From: Phoronis australis
Lineage: Eukaryota; Animalia; Phoronida
Direction: 5' to 3'
Length of the DNA: 64,000 bases
NCBI GenBank assembly: GCA_002633005.1
Contig: NMRA01000643.1
Span: 124,001 to 188,000, forward strand
Positions 12,145 through 24,392 of the stretch are shown here, in pieces (position 1 is the first letter of the stretch; each line of letters starts with the position of its first letter). The notes under the pieces were generated by a model that saw only the letters and a program-made list of their open reading frames with translations, searched no databases and was not told the DNA's origin. Position numbers and translations under genes: made by a program.

Positions 12145-13749
12145 TGAACATCTCGTAAGCACCCTCGACATGAAAGAAACTTTTTTGCTCAGAACGATAA
12201 CGATTATTCGTGTACCGTGATGGCTCCAACTTTGTTTAAGGAATAACTCGACATTACAAGTCAGAAAAACGAAGAATATTCTGTGTTCTGAAATCTTTTC
12301 ACCGTACATGCTTTAGGTATATCCACCTGTATCCGACATGATGCCTTCTCAGTGGTATTTCTTTCGGCTGTTGAGACGATAATTCTTCAGCGAGTTTGCT
12401 AATAGGAGGATTTGTCATCTCCAATTTACATTGTATGTAGTATTAACTTGGTGGGGCGCATGGAATAGCTATTTCAAGCGATGTCACTAACATGTCAAGG
12501 AGTATTCCTTTATTTTAAAAGCCGCATTAAACTTGTGCTTTCTGTCAACACACAACTTTTGAACTAGGCCACTTATCCTTGTAACTGTTCTCAGTTTGTT
12601 CCATAGGAAGAACTGGTAGATGGTCTGTGCACGAGGCCATGATCGTCGGCGCGGGTCAAGACATCTCATAAAGCAATACAAATATATCTTCACTTCTCAA
12701 CCTCAGATATCATATCACAAGTTGAGACCTCTATAAGAATGATAAGAGTGGATACTGAAATCGGTCTTATCTTGTTCCTTACTCAGTTCACTCAGTTTAG
12801 GCGTTATCTCTGGCTCTCCGTAAGAACTGACAATTCATTACACGTGTTAACTCTTCAGACCAAGCTCATAAATTTTCAGATCTCTGTACAATACGAGACC
12901 CAACTTCATAGCGTTAAGTGGTCCAAATCAAAACTTGTTTTTACAGAAAGCACAGGTAGTTTAACGCCGCTTTGAAAATAAAGTTGCTGAAGTGCATCAC
13001 ATGCACTAAAGCTAAGCTTAGAGACGTAGACCACATGGTGCAGACAGCTATTTTTTGTTTTTGGCTTGCTGTCGCTTTCTGTCTATTCCATTTTAAATGG
13101 TTAGATCTAGCGTTTTTAATGGATGAATTAAGATTCAAATTTCTTACGCTATAAATTATAAAAACATGCTCCTGTTGAGATAATGTATTTGTATTATGTT
13201 ATTGAAACTCTTAAATAAATTTATAAAAAGCAATCCAGTTCACTTTTGTGATCAACAACCAGAACACAGCGCCCGGATGCTACATTTTGACAGTGTTGCA
13301 ACTGGTAAATTAGAATTCCCACCAATTTAGAAAGTGTGCTCAAAACGGGACCCATTTGTAGGGAGCTTCCACGAATAAGTGACCCATTCGTATTTTTCCA
13401 GCAGAAACTCCACCATCTAGTTTTTAGGAGTGGATCTCATCTAAAATTTTTCATAGGGATTCATTGACAGCTTTCAATTAGACACTAAAACATGCTATGC
13501 TGTCAAACTGAGTATGTCTTTAGCAATCACAGGGCCGTAGGAAGCCAAAAATTATTGGGGTGCACAAACCATTGAGAATTCTCCAAACTACCCCCCCCCN
13601 NNNNNNNNNNNNNNGGGGGGGGGGGGCAATCCCGGGGATGCAGCCATCAAGAGTTGAGTAACCGTGAACTAACACGGAGAGTAAGAATGGGCCTAGGACC
13701 AGTGCACTGACGGGTAGCGAGGAGCTGCCTCAAGTAACTGCAGCTGAGA

Positions 13750-14955
13750 TCTAACAGTGTCAAAATACGAAATTCCCGACGAACTACATGTAAAGCTAGT
13801 TGCTGGTCAGCTCAGCTATGATTCACCTGACACAGGCAGCTTAGCTCGTACACATCCGTCTGCGCTGGCCAAGGTCAAGATTGGTTTTATTGTGATCCAG
13901 TTTCGGGAAAACTTTATTTTATCATGGTCATTCTTTGAAGGAGTTTTTTTTTAAAGGTGAGGTCCCGGGGTCCCTGGTGTATAGAACAGGCGTCCTCAGC
14001 TTCTGATCGTCCCCAATACACATATAATACTATTATGTATTATCAGGAAGAGATCTCTTCCTGGTATTATGTAGTGTATTGGGGACGATCAGAAGCTGAG
14101 GACGCCTGTGGTGTATAGTACCTTTGGGACTGTTCCCATGCGCGCACCCAGCCTTCAATATGGGGAGGGGCTCGAATTCCTGACTTTGTAGACCTTTTGG
14201 TAACAAAAAAGCGGGCGGACTAAAATAATTAAAAAAAAAAAAAAAACGGGAGCACCACTGTGAATTGCGCGTTCGCGCATGTTTAATGGACTTATGCCTC
14301 ATTTTCTCGGACTTTTTGTCTGTCGGAGGCGGACCTTTTTGCCCACTTCGCCAAATGGGGGGNTCTAACAGTGTCGAAATACGAAATTCCCGATGAACTA
14401 CATGTAAAGCTAGTTGCTGGTCAGCTCAGCTATGATTCACATGATACAGGCACTGAGGCAGCTTAGCTCGTACACATCCGTCTGCGCTGGCCAAGGTCAA
14501 GATTGGTTTTATTGTGATCCAGTTTCGGGAAACTTTATTTCATCATGGTCATTCTTTGAAGGAGTTTTTTTTTAAAGGTGATCGGAGGTCCCGGGGTCCC
14601 TGGTGTATAGAGCAGGCGTTCTCAGCTTCTGATCGTCCCCAATACACTACATGATACATAATAGTATTATATGTGTATTGGAGACGATCAGAAGCTGAGG
14701 ACGCCTGTGGTGTATAGTACCTTTGGGACTGTTTCCATGCGCGCACCCAGCCTTCAATATGGGGGGGACTCGAATTCCTGACTTTGTGGACCTTTTGGAA
14801 ACAAAAAAGCGGGCGGACTAAAAAAATTTAAAAAAAAAACGGGAGCACCACTGTGAATTGCGCGTTTGCGCATGTTTAATGGACGTATGCCTCATTTTCT
14901 CGGACTTTTTATCTCTCGGAGGCGGACCTTTTTGCCCACTTCGCCAAATGGGGGG
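13750..14955. repeat. About 600-bp near-identical tandem duplication (13750-14362 / 14364-14955) joined by a single N; probable haplotype/assembly artefact
   Basis: Both copies start tctaacagtgtc and end cccacttcgccaaatgggggg; N at 14363. Confidence 0.85.
13986..14109. repeat. Small foldback element with ~36-bp inverted arms (second copy about 14613-14708)
   Basis: ACAGGCGTCCTCAGCTTCTGATCGTCCCCAATACAC ... GTGTATTGGGGACGATCAGAAGCTGAGGACGCCTGT. Confidence 0.85.
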
Positions 14956-15003
14956 CGGGGGGTCGCCCCCCGAGCCCCTCCCCCTGGGCTGGGTGCGCGC
15001 ATG
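14736..15003. mobile_element. MITE with TIR CATGCGCGCACCCAG; 5-bp direct flanks GTTTC
   Basis: CATGCGCGCACCCAG...CTGGGTGCGCGCATG, flanked by GTTTC at 14731-14735 and 15004-15008. A homologous copy lies at 24665-24899. Confidence 0.75.
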
Positions 15004-16926
15004 GTTTCAATATCCCTCGTTGAAACACGACCGGCAGTCGGAAAATGATCAGTGTGTCCTAAACATGTACACACTTAACGCCTGGAGTTCAGTTCCCGTG
15101 GATCACTGAGATTCTGCGCGGGCCTACGGCATGGCTACATCTTAACGTGGGTGCGGCAGTCATGCCGTGCATGGGAATCAGGGCAAGTAAAAAATTCAGT
15201 TTTGAAAAATAAAAATCCATTGTGCAATACTACTGGAAACTAAAAACACCAAGGAAGTGCAAAGACAACCTTTTCAAGCAATGAGTTTAATTATGTTTAT
15301 TTAAGGACTTAACTTTTTTCGATCTACGGTTCGTGATTCCGAATTTCATCAATATCTTTGAGAGTTATTTTAGATAAGCAAAAATCGTCTAAGTGTACTT
15401 TACTATTTAAGGATCGGATTATAGAGTTTTTCCAACTTCAGGCTGCAACTAAATTCACAGAAACATCATCAATTTTTACAACCTTAGCTTCTAATTGTCA
15501 AAGGTCATCTATGAATCTATCATTTTCGTAGATACATAAACAAATAAATCAGAAATCAACGAATTTGTTTGTCAAAACGGAATGTTATAAGCAATTTCCG
15601 CAGATATGCTCGCAGATTTGTAACACAAGTAACCGGGAAACATGGGGCATTCGTATTAACGTGTATGTTTGCTCATTTCAGACGTACCTATAACTGTTCA
15701 CGAGGTAAATTTGATCTCCACTTACAAAAAAAAACGCTATATTCTTTGTTTATGATTGCGACAGTTCTTTGAGTTCCCCCCACGTGTACACGATCATCAC
15801 AAATAGTAGCAGTGTTTTCCACATGTGGGAATTGCTTACAAACAACTCATAGTAACCATTTTCAAAAGAGATGCTATTCTTGTGATACTATGGGAAACAA
15901 CATTATTTTATAACTAACCATCGGAAATAGTCCTTTTGTGTAATTCACAGTGGGCTTCACGTTCTTCAAAATTCCACCCTTTCGATGGCGGTCAACTGTA
16001 TTGTATTTTTCACATTTTTGGTTGTCTTCATCTAATGGGAAATAATAGTTGAAATACCTTGTTTATTCCTCATAAACATCAGCGTAGCTTTTGTTAAATC
16101 GTACATTGAAACTGCCAACCACAACTGGTCAGAGCATCTTGTGGTTTCCGACAAGTACGCCAGATGTCCAAATTGTATAAGGAGTAACCGTTATTTGTGA
16201 CCTGTCAAAGTTCATTTTTTCCATGCTTAAACATGAAACTGAAGTTTTTGACATCCGCGAACAGTGACTTAAATATGTTATGTCTCGTTGAATTTTGAAT
16301 ACGCAAATGAAGTACTAGTTTACAAACAACCCCAGGTCTTCCCATGTGCCAGAAACCATCCGAGAACCAGTTACCATTAGAATCTCGCGAAAGTCTCGTT
16401 TTGTGAGGCTATTTTAATATAAATGAGTGTGGTAATAATGTCATCATTACCCTAATAAAACAAGGTACATTTTTATTATTTTGTTCATTTCAGTATCAGA
16501 TAACGATTGTGCAATATATGTTCACACTTGTTTTTAAGTGCATCAGTTGTGGTGTTTTCTTTAAAACCGCATTTTATTTACAAATTTTTTCTTTTCCTGA
16601 TTATACTTGTACACACAGTTCCCTAGGAAGTCACAAGGTAGCGCTTGCTACAAATTTAAATTTTCAGGGTTTAATGAAACATAGCATCTTTAAAGGTAAT
16701 CCCGAACATGGTATTGTTTGAGAATTAATGGTGACCCTAGGGAAGAATGGTAGCTGGAGAAAGATAACTGATGGCTACTATGGGAGGATTACAAATCTCT
16801 TGTGCTCCTTGAAATTACAAAAAAATGCCATAATGTGAATCATGAAAACAACAGTTACACCCCCACAAGTGTTCTCATCCATTGCTTTTAGAAGAGACTA
16901 AATTTGAACTTCACCATGTCAAGATC

Positions 16927-19900
16927 TCAGATGACACTAAGGTCCAGTGGATCAGTTACAAGCACAGCTGGTTCAGTAATGCTGTCCTTCGGGGTTTTTG
17001 GTTTCCTCTCCTTCAGTTGGTGGATGTGTTGGCCCTCTTCAGGGTTACGCGGGTCCTGGCTGGCCAGATATAAACCACTGAAGATGCCGGTACAAAATTT
17101 CTCAGGATCTACCACAACATCACTGTGCAGTCCGACAATGTGCGCCTTGAACTCCTTAGCATCGTTTGTTCCGAACATGCAAAACCGACAAACGTACACA
17201 AATAGCCCTGCGTGTTTCCTCGTCTTCAGGATGTGTTTCCTTATATTCTCCTGAACGTTACAGGAATAATCGCAGTACGGGCACTTATACGGTTTGGAGC
17301 CGATGTGAATGCGAAGATGCCTCCTTAGGTGGTTGTAGTCCCTGGCTTTGTATGGGCAATAGTCGCAGCTGAACGGCCGTTCACCAGTGTGAGAGCGCTT
17401 ATGTCGAGTCAGTTTGTTTCTGGTCATACTTGAATAACCACACTGGTCGCAAAGAAACGATTTCTGACCGGTGTGAATTTTCGTGTGGGCATTCAACATC
17501 GAGTGACATGCAAACCGCTTCCCGCAGTTTGGGAATGGGCATTCGAGTGTTTTTTCGCGATGTAGCCTGTATACATGACTAGCCAGCTGTTTAGGACTTT
17601 TGAAAGACTTTCCGCAGACGTCACATACGGAAGTGCTGTGTTCAGTTCCATGCGATAACTTCATGTGATCGTTTAAATTTGCAGACGACGTGAAAACTTT
17701 ACTGCATACATCGCATGCTCTATCCGTCTGAGGCAAGTGACGGTATATGTGCTTACGCAGGGCCTGACTACTGGCATATTGCTTCTGACAATGGGGACAC
17801 GTGAACGGTGTTTCCCCAGTGTGTTGCCGCAAATGCAGAAGCATCTGGGCCTTACTGCGTAGAGTACGGCCACATTCCGGACACTGAGCTGTAGAATGAC
17901 TCGTCATACCCATTAGGAAATCTCTGTACTTCACCCCCGTCAGTGACGCCTTCTTCAACTCAGACTCATACAACCCTTTCACCGAATGTGTCAGTCCATG
18001 AATGTGCAGTTTGTGTTTATCTGCAAATGTCTTCTCACAGTCCGAACACTGAAATTTACCTGTAATGTAAATGTAGACATACTTATCAACGGCCATCATT
18101 CATTTTGATTCGACCACAGATTAATGGATAAAAAGTGAATTCTGCAACCATGGAATAAATTGGCGTAATGGTTAGAAAGGCCCTTACCTGCTTTCTTTTT
18201 CCCCTTCTTCCCACCTTTTGCGTGAGCTTCTATGTAATGTGGGCGAAGGCTAGGATAACTTTCTGCACTGAAATCACAAAAGTCACATTTCACAAGTTTT
18301 CCAGGGTCTCTTGTACTGGAGCTGCCATGATTCTGGCCTGTTTTTGTGTCGTTGCACCCTCTAACCATTTCAAGGTGCCGTTGACTCCTGCAATGCAACC
18401 TCAGAGTACCCTTATCACAGAAAGTGACCTTGCAGCTTATACAGTTGTATGGCCTCTCTTTGGAATGCTTCCTACGCACGTGAATTGTCAGATTGAACAT
18501 AGACGCACACACCAAGTTACAATGCGGACATTTGGGGAAAAATCTGCCACTCGATTTTCGTTTTCGAGGCTTCCCAGAATGTTTCGCCGACATGTGCCTC
18601 TGTAAATGAACCTTTGAGTGCATGAAAAGACCACATAACCTGCACAGGATTTCATATCGGCACTCCTTAATGATGCACTTTTTTTTGCTAGGACGTGCTT
18701 TTACTGTCTTTACATGTGCGTCGGACTGAAAGTGTTCCACTAATGTCTTGTTGTCATTCGTCCTGTAACTGCACAGGACACAGTAAGCCGGGCCAACAAG
18801 GTTCATGACCTTTTGCGCGTGACTCTCACTTTTGATGTGACTTTCCAAGTTCTCATAGCCACGGGAATAAAACTCGCAAATGCGACACTGAAATGTCGAA
18901 GACAACTGTATTTTGCTTGCATACTTTTTCAATAGAAAGTCATGCTCGGGGTGCCCCATGGCATGTTTACCGTGAGCTTTTGTTTGAATATGAGTAACTA
19001 ATGCCCATTCTCTATCAAATACTTTTCTGCAAGGAACACAATGAAATCCAGAATCCACATCCTTGCTAATGAAACCATCTGCGGTGCCTTCGTTGCTATC
19101 TGTTAAATTTGTAGACGGACCAGGAAGGCGTTTGAAATGATAGAGCGACTCAAAATGTTTTTTAAAGCCTAACTTAGTGGTAAGCACTTTATTGCACGTT
19201 TTACAAAACAGACGATCAGAGTCCTCAGTGCTGCCATCTTCTGGTGGTCCAGGCTGCTTACTCATGCCAACCAGGGTACCGGGCATTTCAGCAACTCCAA
19301 CCTCTTCAGAGGCGCCAGCTACATCCTTGCTACCCTTACTATTGAAATCAGGCACGAAGATCTCATCGCTATCACTGCTTACAGAGGATACATCGTCTCC
19401 ATTGTCGCACGTTTTTTCACTCGTTCCTGGCTTCCACTTACCCCCGGTATGACCTGGGGGTGGACAATGACCAGGGGTCCATTTGCCCCCCGTGTGACCT
19501 TTAGACGGCCTGCTGCCACCATACGGATCTTCGTCCAGTTCGTCTTCATCGCTGTCACTTTCCTCTTGTATTCTATTCAGAATGTCTGTGATCTTGGAGT
19601 TGCGGATAGGCTCGGCCGCATCTGCTGACTCGTTGGAATGGATAGTCTTCTGTGACGTTCTGACCGATTCTTTACTTTGCAGCTGGAGCACAGAAAAGAA
19701 ACTGCCAGTGTCATTTTCCTGAGACTTTACCAGTTTTGCTCTCCTTCTATGAAAGCTAGTAGCCCTGTGCTTCTCCAGTCTTTGGGAAGATGTGAAAGTT
19801 TTGCTACAAATTTCACATGTCAAATGCTCTGCCTTAGTCTTTGCATGTACATTTTTTGATTGACCGTCCCCTTTCCTATGGCGTGTGCGTTTAGATAACA

Positions 19901-20609
19901 GACTCTTGCTCTCTGTGTGCAAAACAGAAAGTCCTTGTGCATAATGACTTTCCACAGCATTCTCATCAGTAGCTGTGTTCTTTGTGGAAGGTTCAAGCTT
20001 ATTTTCACTACCCCAGACTCCTTGATGATCTTTGCTCTTTAACTCTAGAACACCAAAAAATCCTTCGTTGTCTATCCTTGATGTTTCTTGGCGATTCCTA
20101 AAGTCATTTGTTGAGGGAAACATTTCCTTTTGCCCAGTGCTACTGTTACTATTAGCCTGGGTGATCACTTCCAATGTGTGCTGAGCAGTTCCTGAGGAAG
20201 ACTGTTGCTCAGGCACCGGCACTTGACTAGATGGGGTAGTTGTAACAACTTGCCGAGAGTCAATGGACGATCTCGCTAGAATATGCTCACTACTACAGGG
20301 CGACGACAAGGACAACTCACTTCCTTGATCTAAAGCAGGTGACACGCCCCCTGGTGGCAAATACAGAGAAATATTCGGAGACATACTGGGCTGTATAGCC
20401 GATGTTGTTGATGGAGACAAACAAGAGAGTATATCGTCCACATTTATGGCAAGACTACTAGGAACAGACGTGCTGCTCGTAGGTTGGCTGGTGCGGTTTT
20501 TGCGAGCAGGACACTCTAGTTTTTTGTGTTGCACGTAATTGGTGAGACCCATGACAGTTGTCTGGCAACCCAGGCAAAAATGAAGATCAAGATCTTCATC
20601 GTTATCCAT
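16927..20609 (-). CDS. Large multi-zinc-finger protein (U1/matrin-type plus tandem C2H2 fingers; ZNF407-like), 1184 aa in two coding exons
   Basis: Exons 20609-18188 and 18059-16927 are joined by a 128-nt GT-AG phase-1 intron (GCAG|gtaagg...ttacag|GTAAA). The ATG of MDNDEDLDLHFCLGC follows a tttcag acceptor at 20612. Spaced fingers end in HxxxxxH (HFESLYH, HIQTKAH, HIKSESH, HFQSDAH), followed by classic C2H2 arrays with TGEKP-like linkers (HTGETPF, HTGQKSF, HTGERPF, HIGSKPY). The family name is inferred from architecture. Confidence 0.9.
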
Positions 20610-21234
20610 AACTGAAAAGACAAGAGGATAAAACGTAAACAAAAATAAAGACACGTCTTCCAAAATGAGTAACATACAACTTTTTTAATTGTGATAACTC
20701 GAGTAAAATGGGTAGAGGGTACCACTGGAGTCATCTAAAACTTTTTAGAGTATAACGTTATGCCCCGACGCGAGCAATGTAAAAGTGGTCAGTTGCTGAA
20801 ATTTGAGTTACTGAATGAAGGACTGTTCGAAAAAAAATTTAACTGCGGAAGTATCCGTCTATGTGCAAAATGTTCTTATAAGAACTTGACTTTGATGGTT
20901 TAATCAGTGTGAGACATAATTTGCCGAAAAGCTTTCAGCATATGGCAGTCCTATGAGATGGTCACCATTTATACTGGTGCCCGTTGGTGGTATTGTCCAG
21001 TATATATGTTCGATGTCATTTGCTGTATTTTGAAATTAGTTACTTTTCATGGGTTATGCTATAACATGTGGACGCCTCAGGCGATGTAACAGGCATGTAC
21101 ATGGCCTAAGTACTCCAAAGGCATACAGAGGCGATAGTATACCCCATAAGAAGTTATTTATTTCAAAATACAGAAATAACATCTAAAGAAACATATATGT
21201 GTACTGTGTACACCAAGTTATAATTGAAACATAC

Positions 21235-21310
21235 CGTGACTCTGGAGACAATTTAGTCAACATAATTCGAACATATCCATGAAAATCTGTCGCGGCCATT
21301 TGAGCTTTTC
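21235..21310 (-). other. Probable non-coding first exon of the zinc-finger gene
   Basis: The minus strand reads aaatggccgcg...ccagagtcacg|gtatgt, a good donor at 21234, next to a CpG-enriched promoter-like patch. Its ATGs are out of frame or stopped relative to the main CDS. The 5' boundary is approximate. Confidence 0.5.
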
Positions 21311-21477
21311 TCACCCATTGCCCTTTTGAGGAAGTTACGCGAAATCGTGCCTGTCGATGAATTAAAAAGTCCAAGGGACACACCGAATATCTTCCTAGGC
21401 TACTTTTTGTACCATTTCACGCAATTTGCTCGCGCGATGTCAACTGATATACTTTTTAGTTATCATGCGGGGCGAAA

Positions 21478-22225
21478 ATGTTAACAGAGACCAAAAAAGT
21501 GGAGTTGGAATTCTTCACCAAAGCCATCTTAATTCCCATAGAAATGCTTCATCAAAGATATGACTGTATAGAACCAGAAAGGATTGCTGAAGAAAGTAAG
21601 CGCATTTTTAAGTGACAATTTTAAGTGTAAAATGTATTTTTTAGCGCTTCCCCTGGATTTCGAAAGGAGCGTGGTGGTGAATGGTCCAAGCAGATGCGGA
21701 GTCGCAATGAAGTGTCATTGTGTGATCTCAGTGTATGTGGAGCCGCAGTGATGTGTCATTGTGTGATCTCAGTGTATGTGGAGCTGCAGTGATGTGTCAT
21801 TGTGTGATCTCAGTGTATGTGGAGCTGCAATGAAGAGTCAGTGTGTGATCTCAGTGTATGTGGAGCTGCAATGAAGAGTCAGTGTGTGATCTCAGTGTAT
21901 GTAGAGCTGCAATGAAGAATCAGTGTGTGATCTCAGTGTATGTAGAGCTGCAATGAAGAATCAGTGTGTGATCTCAGTGTATGTAGAGCTGCAGTGAAGA
22001 GTCAGTGTGTGATCTCAGTGTATGAAGAGTTTCGTACCATTCTTTATGTTTTTCAATCACCAATTCAAGTTGCTTTAAGAAGCGGACAGGGCTTCAGACT
22101 ACTTCTTAAAATTGAATTCTCTGACTTCAGACATGCATATAGAGCAACTTGGCGACCAGGCGAAAACCCAAGGTCGCCAAACAAAATTTGAGGTCATCAA
22201 AACTGACATCGGAATCATCGGCTAA
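21478..22225 (+). CDS. Candidate two-exon small protein (70 aa), function unknown
   Basis: gaaaATG at 21478; exon 21478-21595 ends A|gtaagc; acceptor ctgacttcag| opens exon 22131-22225; phases match. Translation: MLTETKKVELEFFTKAILIPIEMLHQRYDCIEPERIAEENMHIEQLGDQAKTQGRQTKFEVIKTDIGIIG*. No family recognised. Confidence 0.4.
21694..22030. repeat. 41-bp minisatellite, about 8 copies
   Basis: GTGTGATCTCAGTGTATGT recurs at 21720, 21761, 21802, 21843, 21884, 21925, 21966 and 22007. Confidence 0.95.
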
Positions 22226-22723
22226 AAAAAGGAAAAAAGGTATTGACGCACTCCATTCCCAGGAAGTTCCGCCACATACTAACTCACTTCCTCCTGCCAC
22301 TGAAGATACAGAACAGACGATTGCATACACTGGAAGTGCGTGTTCTACTGGTCTTGCCCAATTTTGAAAAACATTTCCGACTTCCAGCTCTTTACTTCCT
22401 GTTGTAACTTAAGTGTGTGTTTGATGTGTGCTGACTGCCATAGTAGCAAATGCACTGATTTCTTCACAACATAAATGGAACAATGCTGAGCCAAAGGTAT
22501 TAAATCTAAGGAAACCGTTACTAGTTTTAAAGTTTGGAACTGGAAGTCAATTAAAAAACTGCAGAGTTTAAATTATCAGACAAGATTGATGAATGCAAAT
22601 CTTACACTCTATAGACATTGATGTATCAGTTTCCAGTCGGTGGTGGTGTCGATCTCTCTGAATGAGTTGTGTCTGCCTGGCACTGAAGTCAATCAAAAGT
22701 CAAAGACAACGTGCACTGCCACC

Positions 22724-23497
22724 TAGCCTTGGTACAAAGCTGTATACTAAATATACAGCTTTGTGCCGATGTAGGTACAAAATTAACCAGATAAAATCTG
22801 ACACAAAATTAGTGTCACTAAAACTACACTCTTCCTTGAATACACTTAATTATTTAGCGGTGTTTGAAAAATAGGCGATCTACCGTTATTCTGCAGTTAA
22901 TGTTGTGGAGCGATCTTCTGCGTCGGCTTTTGGCAAAATGAAATATTGCGTCACCTATTCGCCAGTTTCTTTTTTCGGCGATTCTTCAATTGTTCTTTCA
23001 CTAGGTTGCGTACAGGTCACAACAAATTATCGGAACTGGTTTCACTTCAGAATTTTGATACTAGCAAACTGAATTCCAGAAGAAATTTTGCTGCTGCCAA
23101 GCTATCATCATCTCCCGAGAGGTGCTACTTGAGAGATGTCACAAAAATTTAGAAAATGGCGCGTGCGCGTGTCACGAGCGTACTGTTTTCGAAACCAAAA
23201 CAAAACTTTTCTTTGTGATAAAAGGCGGATTACGCAAGAAATTGGCGGTTATTCGATTGTAATTCACTTAAACAGTTATAACGGCAAGGTGAGTGCCAAC
23301 TGATTCCCACATTTTGCATGCACCCAGTCCGGTCTTTAGCTTTACACGATGATACTAAGTTTCGCAGCGAGGTGACGAGCAGAACTACTCTCATTGGCTG
23401 GCTGTGTGCAATTTCGGGATCTATGGAAGATTAACACACAGTGGTACCTAGCTGTATTTTGCGATAGTCTTCATACAGCTAGCTGGCTGGCTTATCT
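22724..23497 (-). mobile_element. Interspersed repeat with a terminal hairpin; inverted relative to the copy at 25013-25625
   Basis: gatagtcttcatacagctagctggctggct (23463-23492) is the reverse complement of agccagccagctagctgtatgaagactatc (about 25016-25045). Similarity continues to the shared palindrome CAAAGCTGTATACTAAATATACAGCTTTG. Confidence 0.75.
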
Positions 23498-24286
23498 GCC
23501 ACCCAGTCCCACTCCCAGCCACGGCACAGACCAGAGGGCAAGTTACAAGTTCTTGAAGAAGCACCTGATACGAAGGTTTTTGGTTAAACCTCATTTTTTG
23601 TGAAANNNNNNNNNNNNNNNNNNNNNNNNNNNNNNNNNNNNNNNNNNNNNNNNNNNNNNNNNNNNNNNNNNNNNNNNNNNNNNNNNNNNNNNNNNNNNNN
23701 NNNNNNNNNNNNNNNNNNNNNNNNNNNNCATGTACATGTTTGCGATTATGGAAGCTACACCACTGCTACCACATAGGAAATTACCTGCCTGAAGCCGCAA
23801 TTTAACAGCGACCAAACACCCGAACTGCGAACAATCTCGAATTGCTGTGCTTGAATTTGGAATTTTGCTTAATCTCAAGATCGCGTATGCGAGAACTTGG
23901 AGTACCTGAGGAAACTCGACTTGTTAACACAAATAATCACGTTCACCTTGAAAAATGCACTTAATCAAATCAAATCCCATGTTAACAAAATAACTTAAAT
24001 TTCAAGCAAACTTCATTCTTCCTTGTGTTTTTCAACTTTCATTCATTAAAAAATAATTGCTTTATTACCTTTACCATTCACATAGTGGCCTCCGTGACAC
24101 AAGAATAAAATGGGTAATCGTTGGGCCAATAACTAGAAAAGTTCTTTACAAGGAACAAGAACCGTCACGTGATTACTTTTATAAATTTTTATTTCCAAAC
24201 TCACACATACGCGATCTTGATATGAAGCGAAATTCCAAGTTCACGCACACATAGAAAAATAAGCAACTTCTAGAGGTCGCTGTACA

Positions 24287-24295
24287 ACTTCCGGT
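24287..24295 (+). promoter_or_regulatory. ETS/GABP-type motif ACTTCCGGT about 100 bp upstream of the MTO1 start codon
   Basis: Exact ACTTCCGGT, a motif common in housekeeping and mitochondrial gene promoters; single motif match only. Confidence 0.4.
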
Positions 24296-24392
24296 GCGAT
24301 TTAATCGCTCACTTTGAAAAGCGTGAGAGGACGCTTGCTGGACGATGCATGCTTCCAGTTGGAAATTGTGTTCGAATGAGTCATATTTCAAG

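Noticed and set aside
18096-20675. ORF-track 859-aa and 390-aa ORFs as two separate genes
   Set aside because: They join through a canonical 128-nt intron; the ORF ends and the TTG-start extension are intronic.
21694-22030. Regular repeats superficially like a CRISPR array (also 5286-5428 and 63821-64000)
   Set aside because: Head-to-tail units with no unique spacers, no cas genes and a eukaryotic context.
22149-22367. 72-aa basic ORF (KKRKK) with TTG start
   Set aside because: Non-ATG start; a different frame of the same region fits the spliced micro-gene model better.
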